This document shows, one piece after another, positions 33,705-47,080 of a stretch of DNA of 64,000 nucleotides. The notes beneath the pieces are model-generated. The model ran no database searches, had not been told where the DNA came from, and was given only the letters and a program-made list of their open reading frames with translations. Both the position numbers and the translations under genes were made by a program. Every line of letters starts with the position of its first letter. Within the stretch, counting starts at the first letter, position 1. The DNA comes from Lepidodermella squamata (lineage: Eukaryota > Animalia > Gastrotricha): contig JBLDXI010000009.1 in the NCBI GenBank assembly GCA_047495785.1, positions 62,001 to 126,000 of the forward strand, given 5' to 3'.

Positions 33705-36168
33705 TCCGTGATGAGCATCAAATCGTCAGCGCAGCGAACGCGCCTTTATACACCTGAAATTTATGATTAGTATAACTAGTTACCTGTTTTTGTACAAAAG
33801 TCTCCGGAAAAAACGTATAACTAGCTTATCGTCTTCATTATTGGTGCGGCTTCTATGTTATGACTGATACTATGTTATAGTTGAAGAATCGATTTACTGC
33901 GATTTGCGCGTGCAATACTAATTATTAAATTGTAGCGGCGGCGGTTGTAGACGGCGTGCTGGTGCTCCTGCGTGATCTGCAGTGGCTGCCGTCTTGACCC
34001 ACGCATGATATCTCTGAGAACTGAACATTATTATTGTTAATTATTTCTTTCTTTTATTAGAGTCTCTTTCTCACTACTAGTTGTGCAATGAATGCATTTT
34101 TTGCGTCTATCAGTCGTGCAATAGCTGTTGTGCATTTCAATTCCTGTTAACTTTAACATGATGGCTTCAACGCTTTGTTCGTCTATTTTACGATTGTAGA
34201 AGAGATTTATTGTGGCGAATAAACGTGTCGTCGTGGACTCATCCCTGTTCTTGGTTCATACTCATCGTCAGTGTATTTCAACTTTGTCGTCGTCGGCAGT
34301 AGTGTCTCGGGCCCCGGGCATCGGCAAACAACGCAGCGCGCCACTTGCGGCCGTCGGCGGGCTGGAACGCCGTCGATTAGGCGGCAATTAGCGGCGATGT
34401 TGTGCTGCTCGAGCGCGTCGATCGTGCTGAATTTTGCATGAACAGCCCCGTCGCCGTTTAGCTCGCGGCAACTACGGCTGCGGCTGGCCTTCTCGACTGG
34501 CGTTACGGGTTTTATTTTCCGACTCGCGTAATAATATATTATTACCGACGAATGGGTAATGCTATAAATATTTGAGCAGTTGACAACGGTGATTAGTGCA
34601 CGTCAGGCAGCTCGAGCGCGCTCTAATGGCCACGTCGCGTACCTTTTATTGTTGAATCGTCAATGCAGCTACTAATGAAGCGATCTTATACCCCTACGCG
34701 CTGTTTTTGCCACCTCGACCAGCCTTTTATTTTGCTGCTGCCGCTGCGCCAACGCCGCCGATGCGCACATTTTCACGTGTCGAGGTGTGATGAGGCTCGC
34801 CAGCGAGCGCTGCCATACCGCAGCCACGCTCGATACTTACTTCGGGCTCGCGTTCCAGTACGAAAGGCAGCCTCGCTTTGCTTCATTTTATTTTCTCATC
34901 GCATACCTATTAGCCATTAACGCCGCCACCGCGCGCTGCGCCGACAAGGGCCCACCTGTGTTGACGCGAGCTGATTGCAACAAAGCAGCGTCGACAGCAA
35001 TCGCTGTGTTAGGGATTTTTTCTAATCGCTAGTAATACCGATACCTTGTTTCGAACATCCAGATACTTACTCATACACTGCGCACTTGTTTCGCACTCGG
35101 CATTTCGGAAATTGGTGGCGATCGCGACAATTTCCTTCGCGCGGCCAAGTGGCTTGTTTGGCATACGTTTTCGAACTAATGACGTTAAAAGAGCGCTGAT
35201 TGCAATTTCCGCCGGAAGGCTGCGGCCCGCGCGTCGACGAGATGCCGCTGCTGTGCGGAGGCGCGCAACGCTGAGCGAGCGAAAAGCGCGCGATTTTTGC
35301 GGGCCGCCAGGTCACGACTGGGTGATATTCTCAGCAGATCGCACCAGGCGATTACGCGATTTATTAAGTCTCGTGTTTGCTCTACCCGTGTAATAATTAA
35401 TCAACACGCCACCTGAGATGCTTAGGTGCGACGTTTAGCCGGATCAATCCTCGTGGGCACGTAGTTGTAGCAATAATAGACGACATCGCTTGAAAAGGTG
35501 CCATCTTGTGTCGACAAAATGCTGATTTTATTTATTAAATATCCATCATACACGTCGGCAGTATATGGTGATGAAACGATTTGTTTTATCAAAAGCGATA
35601 TGACAATATTGCCAATAGCTAAATTTAAATAATTTACAGCGCCACGAGGTCGGCTCTCGCTAATGAGATGATCAATTAAATAACAATCAATTGAACAGAG
35701 TGAGTGATCACTGAAAGTGTAGAGTGTGAAAAGTGCGGCGCCGATTCCCGGACGGCCGATAAAGCGGCAAGCTATGCGCTCGTGGTTTGTTTTGCTCAGA
35801 GGTAATCGTCATTAGATGATGAAGCGACAGCGTAAGCGACAAGTAGTAGCGTCAATGAACACTCTAAACACGATTTTCATCACATCAGTGAAATGCTCAC
35901 GAATCAGATTACTCGATTGAAAAAAATAGTTAAAAAAATAATATTCGGTCAAATTAGCGCAAGACGAAGACGACATTTGTGGCATGACGGCAAGAGATTT
36001 GGCACATATACTTTTGACACATACATTTTTGACATAAAAATGTGAAATAAAGAATATAGAAATATATATATCATCTCTCACGTAGTGACCAGTGCAAGCG
36101 GCTCATCACCTGGTCGAGATCGGTGGGTGGGATATTTCACGGCTGGGATTTTCATCTCTCTTTCAAAG

Positions 36169-38843
36169 TCAAGGCCGAGGCCATTTGTAGTAAAAATCGT
36201 AGTTGCTGATAGCTGCCGGAATAGGATCATCACAACGGCTCCTGGTTTTCAGGTAGCAAGCGCGGGGCGGCATTGGCGCCGGTGATGGCGGCAACGGCGC
36301 TGGCGATGGTGGTAGAGGGGCAGGTGATGGTGGGAGCGGCGCGGGTGAGGGCGGCAGCGGTGCTGGCGATGGGGGCATCTCATGCGAATGCCAGTGGTGG
36401 TGATGGTGGCCGTGGTGATGGCCGTGGCGGCGAGGCGGCGGGAGCATATCCCATGGCGGAACACGGCTGTCGTCGATCTCGATGACGTGGTGCGCATGAT
36501 GAGCCGGATGACGCCGGGGCGGAGGCAGATCGACCAGTTTCGGCCACCACACGGAACGATCTTCATCTGAATCGATTGGGACTGCGTATTTGCCCAATAT
36601 CATGTTAGCACTCTGGGGCAGCTCTTCTTCCAAGAATGGACCGCGGGTTCCGTCCTTCAAATACGCGACAGCTGAAACGAAAACGTTAAGAAACTACATC
36701 AAAAGGCTTGACTTATAAATTAGTAGTCTTACAAAGGCAAGCAGGTCCACGGTCGTTACAAAGTTGCTGGCACGTCGCAAGAGAGCAAACATCACATCCT
36801 TCAGTCAAAACAGAAAAGTTAAATTTAAAATCAAAGTGAAAAGTAGTTATATAACAACCTTCTGGTTCTCCCTTGGAGTTGGCAAGGAAGCCGCCGCCGC
36901 AGTTGCCAGCCGGCAAAAATCGGTACGATGGAGGACCTATTAAACGAATGGCAATAATTCGGCTGTGTAGGGCGTGAAATCTTCAACTCACCAGGAACAG
37001 GTATCGGAACAGGAACTGGGACTGGGAAGCCAGGACCGCCAGGAAAGCCAGGAACACCAGGGCCGCCAGGGCCACCAGGGAATCCCGGGAAACCTCCTGG
37101 GCCACCAGGGAATCCAGGGCCACCGGGGCCGCCAGGTCCACCTGGGAAGCTGCCAGGTCCACCCGGGCCGCCGGGGAAACCACCAGGGCCTCCGGGATAG
37201 CCAGGACCTCCAGGCGCACCGGGCGCTCCTGGGAAACCACCAGGTCCCCCTGGGCCACCAGGGAAGCCGGGAGCACCACCAGGTCCACCCGGGAATCCTG
37301 GTCCGCCGGGACCTCCTGGAAATCCACCCGGACCTCCAGGAAACGACCCAGGTCCACCTGGAAAACCGGGCCCGCCGGGTCCGCTTGGGAAGCCACCTGG
37401 TCCACCAGGGAATCCAGGAATCGCAGGGCCACCTGGAACAGGAACCGGAACCGGAGCTGGTGGTCGGAATGGCGGCGCGATGGTCGGCTGAGTATAGCTG
37501 GGAATGACAACTCGCGGGTCTCGAGTGAACATAGTGTACCTGAAACCGCCAAAACGGTAATATGTTTACATGAGTAATGAGTAATAAGAACTTACGTGGC
37601 ATCTCCTGGTGGCTTGTACTTGTAGTCGCACGTGTACTTTGACTTGAGGAAGCAGAAAGGCGGATTTGGAGGGCGTTCGTGGCTGTGGCTGCCATGACGA
37701 TGACGTTCCATTATTTTGTGCCAGCTTTCACTTTCGTCCTCGCATGACTCGCTCTCGTGGCTATCAATGAAGTACCAGCCGCGCATCATAGACTTCTTGT
37801 TGTTATCAACTGCTGCTTTCGGGCGCACCTTCTTCGTCGCGTTAGTTGACTGCTTCGGGTCGAGAGTTGCCGCGGTTGGGAAAGTAACATTGCCAAGCTT
37901 GCGTTGAACAGCCTTCACCCTGAGTTGTTGGCTGCTTTCGACTAGTCGCTCATTACTGTACGAAACAGCTGTTATGGGAATGAAAAATAATCAGATTAAT
38001 AAATATCGAACAAAAATGCAGAAAATATTACCAATGCAGCTCTGGAACTTGAGACAGTAGTCGATACAGGCGTGAAGTGAGCACCACGGGCACGAAAGAG
38101 CCTTGCCGTTACCGTCTGTCATGAAGCCGCCCTCGCAGTTGCCGTTCTGTTGAGCAAAACCTTTCAGCGACTGCGGCGGAAGGACGGGTACCATGCCGTA
38201 GCCACCTGGCGCGGTCAGGTACGGCATGTAGCTGTCTCGAGCCGATCGTGGCACCGGAGACAACGCCGGCACAGTATTGCTCGTGTTGACTGCACTGCTG
38301 TACGGGCATACTCCGGTGGTGAGCCACGAGCCATCAGGCGTGCAGAGAACCAAAACTTGGACGTCGCGGTTTCGGCGGCATCGGTAAACGACGCCGTCGC
38401 CTGCTTTCACTCGCTCGGGATCTTCACCAGCCGACGGACGCAGCTTGAAGCTCATTGCCGTTACGTCAGCATTCGCCACAGGCGGAAATCGTCTGGGACA
38501 ACCTTCGCCAGCGTTCATAAGAACGTCTGTTTCGCCGCCATTGACGACAGGTTCTTTCGAAAAACAAAATTCATGTTATAGGAGTAAAGAAAATGGTACT
38601 AATTGAGGTACTTTTCGTCATCAGGTAAGACAGCTCGGCTCGTGATATGTAATCGGAACCAGGTGTTGTACCTAGATGTTCGAAAAAATGTGTCGTTTTT
38701 GTCTGGCTGAGAAAATCGGCTTTTCTTGACAAACCCAGTTCAGCGATTGTGGTGGATGTAACTGACCAGGCGCTGGCGACTAATGTACACCACACGATAG
38801 CACGTAGGGAGTTACGCCCGAAGCCGTTCCTCGATCGGGCCAT
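36169..38843 (-). CDS. Secreted modular protein: signal peptide, Sushi/CCP, PAN/apple-like domain 1, GPGG repeat block, PAN/apple-like domain 2 with His/Pro-rich insert (about 7 exons)
   Basis: The ORF pieces join by GT-AG introns in frame. CCP pattern CP...YRC...C..DGSW....C; two modules GNC.GGF...C..CSL..C...C...C.(A/S)V.Y...C(F/Y)LK...C. The first splice donor is ambiguous. Confidence 0.8.
36266..36375 (-). repeat. Five ~21-bp coding repeats (PPSPAP[L/M])
   Basis: MPPSPAPLPPSPAPLPPSPAPLPPSPAPMPP, with synonymous variation between copies. Confidence 0.9.
36995..37460 (-). repeat. Coding Gly/Pro repeat block (GGPG, GFPGGPG) bracketed by PVPVPVP
   Basis: About 150 aa almost entirely G, P, F, with degenerate third positions. 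Confidence 0.92.
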
Positions 38844-39950
38844 TCGCAGTAAACGCTTTAAATGGCGGGGGAGGAAGGCGGATTGAGAGATAAAATTGCC
38901 GGATCAAAGCAGATTGTTAAAAGCGGAAATCTGATAAAAAGAATTTACTCGTTTATTTGAAGCAAAAAAGGAGCAAATGAAGCTGAGGTCAAATTAAAGG
39001 GTGGTTTTTAAGGCGCCTCCTTGCGCGAAAAAGCGCCCGCGCACGTCGGCTGTGATAACAGCGCGGACATTTGTTGATGTGAGGCGAGCGTGTTTGCCGA
39101 GGCATGTGCGACACCGTGTCGCCACGGCGATCCGAACAACACTCGCCGTCGCGAGCATCACGATTCTGGTCACGCTTGTATTTGTTTTCCGAGCAATCTC
39201 ATCCCCCAACACGGCAGCTCCAGCAATTACGACGGACACGCGAGTCTGTTTGTTGCTGGCTCTGTTTACGCTGGCGCCGCCGTCGTCGTCGCTGCCGCCC
39301 ATCCGCTCGCGCTCACACTCGTTTTTGTTGTCGCTGTTGTGCCTGAAAAAAACTGCGGCCTCGTTTGCACATCTTTCTTTGAACACACAACGACGCCCCA
39401 TGATCCGGCGCTCGCCTGCTCGCCGGCGAACACCACTGTGCAAACAGCGCACTTTTTCTGCTCATTTCGCGCCGGCTCACAGTACCCTTAAAAAACGCGG
39501 GCAAAAAGAGGCTCAGTTTTCACGTATCAGAGTTTATTTGTTCTTCGTATTTGCCGCGCACCATCAGATGCGTGATTAGCGCGACGGAAGTACCCAACTT
39601 GTACCAGGCGTAGGGAAGATTCACGCGGCAAATAACACACCGCGAAATATTTTCAACCTAAATCTTGTTATTGTTTTCGATGAAAACGACAAAAATGAAG
39701 ACGACGATGATGATGACGGCAAACAAACCGTGAGCTAATCGACACGGCAAACACGGCGCGAATCAAGGAATCAGTGGCCGCAAAACAAGTCAGCAAGAGC
39801 GCACCAGGTGCACTTGACACCGTCAAACAACAATAATTAGAACGATAGAAAAAGACACGTTTCATTGTTGCAAGTTCACGTAAGTAGCAATAATAACAGT
39901 AGAAGAAGATGAAAGTTTTGTAAGAATAGTCGTAGAAAGCCCGCACAGTT

Positions 39951-42571
39951 TTAAGCACATTCCATGGCGGTAGCAGCCAATCCGGCCTCAGAGACCACCT
40001 GTTGCACATCAGCCTGGAGCACGCGAGCGAAAACGAAACGCAGACAGCCGATTTCGACGACAGAGCCGTGCCGGAGTGGCGCCGGGCCGTCGAACGAGTA
40101 GTCGGAGCCGCCCGATGGCGAGCAGCGGCAGCTATGGCTCGAGGCAGTCGATTTGGCCGCGTGGGGCGGGCTTTCAACTGCCACCCTCTGCGAGGTGTCC
40201 ACCGACGTGATGGCTGACCCGACTCCGTACCGAACGCCGTCGACGACAGCGCAATGTTCGGAGTACACGAGTAACTCGTAGGCGTCGCTCAGTTCGTCGT
40301 AAGTGATGACGCCGTGCTGGGGCGAGACGCGCGAGCAGTTGCAGGCTTGCGCAGCTCGGCTGAGATTGACGGCGCATTTCGGTGAAGTTCCGACCGAGAC
40401 GCAGCGCGAATAAATGGGCAACGTGCCTTGCTGTGCCGCCAGGCCGTGGTCCACAGTAACAAGCAGGGCACGAGCCGACGCCGATTTGCAAGACTTCAGC
40501 GCCTGTTTGACGCGTTCCTCTGCCGATGTTTCACCGGAAAGCTCAAGAAGCGCTTTTAGAGCAACAGATGACGCTGAATCTTTGCCAGCATCTGAGTTAA
40601 AAAACGCAGTTTAACAGAGACATCTTACGAGAAAGCAACTCTCACCTTGGGACGGCATTGGCGCCAACTGCTCCAACCGTTGTCGAGCCAGCTCGACCAG
40701 TGTTTGCGAATCCAACTGTTTCGCGATATCGGCCGGCAGAGCCTTGCCTTCCACGACGCTCATGATAGCTTCAACAACAGATGGCAAGATTTTGGCATCT
40801 TTCCGATCGTTTCTCGGTTTCTCGCTATTGCCAGCAAGAAAAATGCTATTGAACGAGTGCAAAGATTTCGATTCCTCAACTTGACGCGGCTCCTCTTTCG
40901 CGTTAATTTCACCGGTGAAAATCGCCGAATCAACGCCAGCCTTGTAAGCCTCCTTAACGGCGATTGGGACGTGAGCGAAAGCGGTCGCATTTCCAACAGG
41001 TATCACGCTGCCCTGGCTGCGATGCGGCGGGGCAGGTCGATGCAATTTATCGAGAAAGCGCAATTTTATCGCATTGAAATCGAGATTCACGTCTTTTGAA
41101 TAATGTCGCCATAATTTTATGCGTTTCGAAAGACTCTGACGAGATTCAGGCGCGAAAGCCACATCGAGATAATGTTCTGGGTGCTGGAAAACGATTGTAA
41201 AATAAAATATCGTACCTATTTTATTTCGCAAAAAACGTACGTTTGGGCACATCCATGGTGATGATGGAAAGGTCGACAATGGCGTGTCCAGGCAATCGAG
41301 GTGAAAAGCCAGCGGGCAGAAATCGCACTGCAGCAGAGGTGCCGAGCGACAGGATCGGTTGCAAACGTAGCATAGAATGAGCGGCTGAAGACTGACGACG
41401 TTGCCATCAGCTTGCAGTATCGGCTTTTTGGCAGGCGGTGGACCCGATGAATGGTAAACAGCCAACTGGTGCTCGTAGTTCGTTCCGGAAGATTGCGCTG
41501 CATTCGGCATATTGGACCTTCGGCGAGCCGTGTTGCTACCACCAGGCGTTGACCCACCTCCTGTGCTAGCGTTTGGTGGTCCCATGTTGGCACTATTCGC
41601 AGCGGCAGAACTTGTGCTCGCAGCTATAGTCGCAGCATACGTAGATATCCGCATTCGTTTATTGTTACTTGATGTGATATTCATGGGCCCGTCAGCCGTG
41701 GGCGGGCGAGCAACTTCATTTCCGATGGGGGCTGTGGGCTCAAGATCGTTCGGAACAAGGCAAATCGGCAAGGAAAATTCCCGGGGATTTAAATTTTTCC
41801 AGTCTTTGGCCAAACGCGTCAAAGGATGATGATTAGCATTAGCATTGTCCTCTGAACTAGGGGGTTCTATCTTCTGAACAACCGACGTGTCGGGTGTTGC
41901 TCGACCAGCAGCAACTGCAGTAGTGTTCGCCGCTTTCTGTTAACGAGTAGCATTCGACTGAAGTCCGTCATAAATATCTGAATCCTACCTTTCTGCCACC
42001 GCGCTGTTTGGGATGATTGGATGCTACAGAACTTGATCGATTAGATCTGCTACTCGTTGTTGATTGAGCATCATCCGGAGGAGTCGATGTAATCCCAGAA
42101 AAGCCGCTTTTGGACTGAACAGAAAATATGTGAATAAATCCATAATTCGCCAATTAAATGTATAATTGCTTACGGAACGGCATTGGCGGCATAGCCATTC
42201 ACCAAAAGGTACGTCATCTTCATTCAATGGAGGATCGCTAGAGCAAAATAATCAACAGGTGGTTTTCGAAACAAAATATTTTAAAGCAGCTCACTGGCAT
42301 AACAGGTGAAAAGCTGCAAAACACTTGTCACAGCAGAGCAGATCGCCGCCTTCACCACAGGAATCGCAAGCTTCTTTTGACACAACACGACCACCGCGGC
42401 GGGCTTCCTTTTCCACGCTCTTTTTCTTGGATTCCTCAGGAGGGCTGATCAACTTCTGAATTTGCTAAAATATGCAAATAATTATTTAGCTTATAATTAG
42501 ATTATCAGTCAGCAGAAACTTACATCCATTAGGCCTCCAGACGTGTCAATGTCGTATGTGACTTTTGCCAT
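39951..42571 (-). CDS. PHF12: PHD finger protein 12 (Pf1): two PHD fingers plus C-terminal FHA-like domain, multi-exon
   Basis: [16 protein letters not shown]|QIQKLISPP; [29 protein letters not shown]; NPREFSLP; [34 protein letters not shown]; [18 protein letters not shown]. Confidence 0.93.
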
Positions 42572-43480
42572 GGTTGTCTAAATTCAAGCTAAGTCACTTT
42601 CTATAATAAAACAGTTGAAATTTCATGAAACGCTGAATTCCACCAATCACACAAGCATGCCTTCACATTAAGGCCTCACTATTAGCGGTGGAGCTTAAAT
42701 ATCTCTACAATTCATACTTTGATGATGTGAGAACCAATTTACGTAGTTATGGTATAAGTCACTGCAGAAAGAAAATGTTGAAGGGCTATGCGAACTACAT
42801 ACGAAATCTCTAGGAATAATATCAAGGCAGACTCAAAATTTCATCGTGAACGGAAAGACTGATGATATACAAGAATATTACAACATTTTAATGTGCATGG
42901 CGAATCATTTGTAAAGCTGTTGTTTATCGCGTCCCCTTATTGGTAGGAATCAAGGTAAGGTAAACAATCAGCCACCACCCCGACTCCACCAGGCTTTTCT
43001 TGGACTCGAGTGTAGAAATATTGCTTCTTCATCGTATCACTAGTTTTCAAAATTATGTAACGATACGCTTTCTCAATGAGCAAGTTGCAGCTTGTCTTTC
43101 CGGTGGCAGGCTACAAAGATTCAGCTCGATTTAAATCGATGCAGGTCGACAAGAAGCCTCAAATTATAATATTTTCTACGTGTTGCCTGCTCGGTTCGTT
43201 ACTATAAACCAGCAATAGTATATTTGTTACACAACAAAATTCAGTCGATTTTCTTTCCCTCAAATGTTGACGATAAGTCGCATGCGAAGTAAAAAGGTGT
43301 TCCGCTGACAAGAGCTCAAATCCTAGCGAAACGTATCATCAAGCGCTTCTGCAATATATCGAGAATTCGCGATGAGGAAAAAAGCCTAATAGGTTACGAT
43401 ACTTTTGTCAATCTAGGTCAGGATTTGTTAGCCTATTTGATAGATTTGCGAAGCCAGTTATGACCGGATCCTAAAGCAAG

Positions 43481-43720
43481 CCAACGCTCTTGCCTAACAG
43501 CAAAGCATGAAACATGGCAGCTCTCTACATTGATGGAACAGAAGCTTGATACTCGACTCTCATCACAGGGATCAAAGATCAAATGCGCAAGATCCCCGGT
43601 ATGACCTACCATGAAATGATTTCCAACGAAGACCTGTATGACAAAGCCAAGAAGAACTGCTGTGTGACCATCAAGCGCTCAACCCATCCGGGTTGCCATT
43701 GTTGAAGACTTAGAAAAACA
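43481..43720 (+). mobile_element. Decayed non-LTR retrotransposon (RTE-like) ORF2 C-terminal fragment
   Basis: Frameshifted pieces PTLL..., ETWQLSTLMEQKLDT and MRKIPGMTYHEMISNEDLYDKAK...CHC*R resemble the LINE post-RT consensus (LLY..ETW.L...E.KLD...LRKI..ISW.D.ISNE.LY...GH..R). Confidence 0.5.
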
Positions 43721-44920
43721 GGCCAACTGTTCCCAGGCGATGTCTCATTATCCTGCAGAATGTGCTCGCAAATGGTCTTCACAAGGAGTTGAAAAGCATC
43801 CACAGTCAAGGAAGGCATCCGTTTGCTCCCAACACCAAGAGTTCCAAATGCCAAGTTACAAGTTCCCTACCTTTTGTGATCTAGTTTTTTGCGGGCCCTT
43901 TCATTGGCTGAGAATGCCGACTTCACATGAAGGTCTTATCAGGACTAAGAAGTACTTCGCTGGCAAGAAGCTGATCCGTATTGGGAAACTTCCACTGCAC
44001 ATTCCAACTCTTACACTCTCGCAATTGTTCTAACTTCTCAACGGTCGAACTGGAGATGGAATGTCGGCTTCTAAACAGAATAGTGTTCAAGCATTGTCAA
44101 GCTGCGGGCTCCTCGCTTGTCGCGGCTGATGTTGTCGGAGGAGGTTCTCTCGTGAGAGGCGATTTTGTCGCGGTCGGCCAACATTTGAAAATTTTCCCGC
44201 CATTCGGATTATTAGTGTCTATTTTGATTTTATATGTATATTTCTTTGTAATTTCGAAAACATGAATGTTAAATGGGTCAAGATCACTAAGGCTAAAGTT
44301 GAATTACGTAATATAATATTTGCATATTCTGCATTCTCGACCTCTTCTTATCAGTTTACAGTGGTTTGTGGGTTGATTTATGCTTCTGAATGCTACCAGA
44401 TTCTTTAGTTAGAGGCGCAACTAGAAGGTCTTAGTGAAGTTCATTTTCGTAAATATAATATCAAACATTCGTCTTATAGATCTCGTTTTCTCCTTCTTCC
44501 TCCTTACTATTATTGTCTTAGGCTATTACAGTCAAAGGATGGAGGTAGAATCGCATCGGTAGAACGCTTAGTTTGTTGGTAGAACGTAGAACGGCGCATT
44601 TAGATAAGGCTTATCGCCCTATTACTCTAAACCTCTAAGAGGAAGCTGTCTGATGTCAAAAAAGCGCGATTCTACCGACGAAATTGAAAACGTCTAGCAG
44701 GTCGTCATCTCCGTCCTGCGTTGCGCTGAAGATGTATTATGGGTTCTAATCTTTTGATTCGTGTTTTGTTTTCGGCGCCCTTTTCGTAACGCGTTACTGG
44801 ATGCAGAAGTTATGTATTGTATGATTTATTTGGTAGATATTAGCTATTGTGCTATAGTTCACTGCTTCGCAGCTCCGAAAATAGGCCATTTACCCTTAAC
44901 GTTGTTTATCTTGAGGCAGT

Positions 44921-45443
44921 ATGCAGGTTCGCCTGATTATTTGCCGTAAAGTTATCAGGTCTCTTGTGAGTTACCGAGTACCTAGAAATTCGGTATGGAG
45001 CGACAAAAAAGATCATCTATCGGTGAGATTTTAACATAAATGCGAGGCGTTCTATTGAGCCGACCCGTGAACAGGCGTTTAATTCATCGGTGCCGATATC
45101 AGTTGAGCTGGTTAACAAATTAGAGCGACTCGCTCTAGTTGACTTTGGCAGTCAAAGAGGCGTGGACGTTTTGATAGCTGCTGTTCGCCTCGCTGACAAG
45201 TTGCGACTTGTTGATCATAGTTCTGAAGCCAAACCTTGTGTTTACATTCAAGATTTAATTTCCCAAGGTTCCAATCAGAATTTAGTGCTGAGGGACGATG
45301 AAATGTGTCAGAATGAGCCTAGAGCTGACATTATATCAAATGCATCAAAAATTGTCGAAAACTACTTTGTTTCACCCGTTGGCAACATAGCATTGCAACA
45401 AGAGAGCGACAAGTACGGCCTGAATGAACGAAATGGGAAATGA
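44921..45443 (+). CDS. GATC: Mitochondrial Glu-tRNA(Gln) amidotransferase subunit C; exons 44921-45022, 45075-45443
   Basis: LERLALVDF, LRDD, NASKIVENYFVSPVGNI; basic N-terminus consistent with a transit peptide. Confidence 0.85.
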
Positions 45444-45485
45444 TTTAATCGATTTAAATGCCATTTTAGAGGTTTATAAAACTCA

Positions 45486-46345
45486 ATGTCGTCCCGCCGT
45501 TGTACTGTGTTCGTTGGAAACTTGCCACCTAACGTTCAAAGGCAAGACGTCGAAGATGTGTTCCAAAAGTATGGACCAATTACGCGCATCGATTTGAAAG
45601 CCAACGGCCCTGATGCTCCAATTGCATTTGTCGAGTATGGAGATCCCCGTGATTGCGAGGATGCTATTCGTGGGCGTGATGGCTACGATATGGACGGCTA
45701 TCGCCTGCGGTGCGATATGTCTAATCGCGGGGAACGAGGTGGTGGCCGCGAAAGTTCCCGCAATGGCAGCGGCAGCGACCGCCACGAACGCAATATTCGA
45801 GGCTCGCGCCCGCCTGGCCCACCATCTCGCCGCACCGACTGGCGAGTACGTATATCTGGACTACCTAAGTCCGGAAGTTGGCAAGACCTAAAGGATCATA
45901 TGCGTTCTGCCGGGGATGTCTGTTTCTCAGAGGTTTACGGCGACGGGACTGGCACTGTTGAATACTCAAATTATGAGGATATGCGAACAGCAATTAAGAA
46001 ACTTGATGACACCAAATTCAAGTCTCACGAGGTAAGGTCTTTTGTTGTCTTGTTGTCAAGTATTTACGGATTTTTTTAATTTAGGGTGATACATCCTACA
46101 TAACTGTCGAGGAGGACCGTGGAAGCGCGAAAACTGCAGGTATTCCCCGCGGAGGCGGTCGTATCCGCGATCGCTCACCTGGCCGTGGTAGCAATGGCGG
46201 GCGTATGCGCCGTTCGCCGTCGTACTCGCCACCTGCTCACAAGAAAGGCGGCTCTCGCTCCAGCCCGTCCTACCGTTCGAGGTCACGTTCGCCGCGCCGC
46301 CACTCCCGTTCACCTTCACCGGTGCGTCGTGGTGGCTACAGCTAA
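45486..46345 (+). CDS. SRSF1: SR splicing factor SRSF1/9 (SF2/ASF); exons 45486-46031, 46085-46345
   Basis: RRM1 VFVGNLPP; pseudo-RRM SGLPKSGSWQDLKDHMR; KLDDTKFKSHE|GDTSYI; RS/SP tail. Confidence 0.95.
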
Positions 46346-47080
46346 TCTTGCCACATTCAGATGTTCTCAATGAATTCCATGTTTCGGCAATGACTTGTGT
46401 GTTGTGGTCCGGCATTTTCTTGTACATTGTTTCCACCACTCTTGTCTTATGTCTCGTTGGTGGTGGCTAATGAGGCCAGGTCACTTTTTGTACCTGTTCG
46501 TTTTCTTTTCAGTGCATTCCACTGTTCGTAGTCGTTTGTTTTAACGATTATACATATTCTAGGTTGTTGCTCACGTGATTTTTTGCTGCTGATTTTGTGA
46601 CTTGAGATGAGCTGGTGATGATGACGCTGATTGTCCAAACTGATGTTCTAGATCATTTGCTAGCCTATTGACTATTGATGTTGTTCTCCCACCCTCATTT
46701 ATTTGAACCACCTTCATCTTCTGCTTCGTCATAGCTTGCCGAAACGAATACATTGTTTATTGGAAGAAAACAAACGCAACAAGGAAAATTACAGCTGCAT
46801 TCGTCTTTTGTTTGTTGGAGTTGGAAAGGATGTGTAAGGAGAGGACATTGTAGGCTGGATGAGGACAGGAAGGAAGGAACCCCCCAAGAGGATGGATGAA
46901 ATTAAGCAAAGGAAAGGGAAATAACCAAGTTTGCCCTTTTTCATTGTTAACTCATATTTTTCTGGCCTTGTCTGTCTTTTTTCAGGCGGATTTGACTTGG
47001 ACCACCAAATTTGAAGTACCTCTCCAAAGTGGATGTTTGACATTATTCTATTCCACACACTAGGTTTTAGTTATTGTAAA

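Noticed and set aside
36995-37460. Collagen
   Set aside because: No continuous Gly-X-Y register.
36974-37695. Trp/Arg-rich and Gln/His-rich ORFs in other frames of the GPGG block
   Set aside because: Third-position variation and splice phases support only the Gly/Pro frame.
38994-39940. ORFs downstream of PHF12
   Set aside because: Composition fits 3'UTR or intergenic sequence; no coding signal.
46628-46640. 13-nt match to the 5' part of miR-219 (TGATTGTCCAAAC)
   Set aside because: The 3' half diverges and I see no hairpin partner; likely chance.
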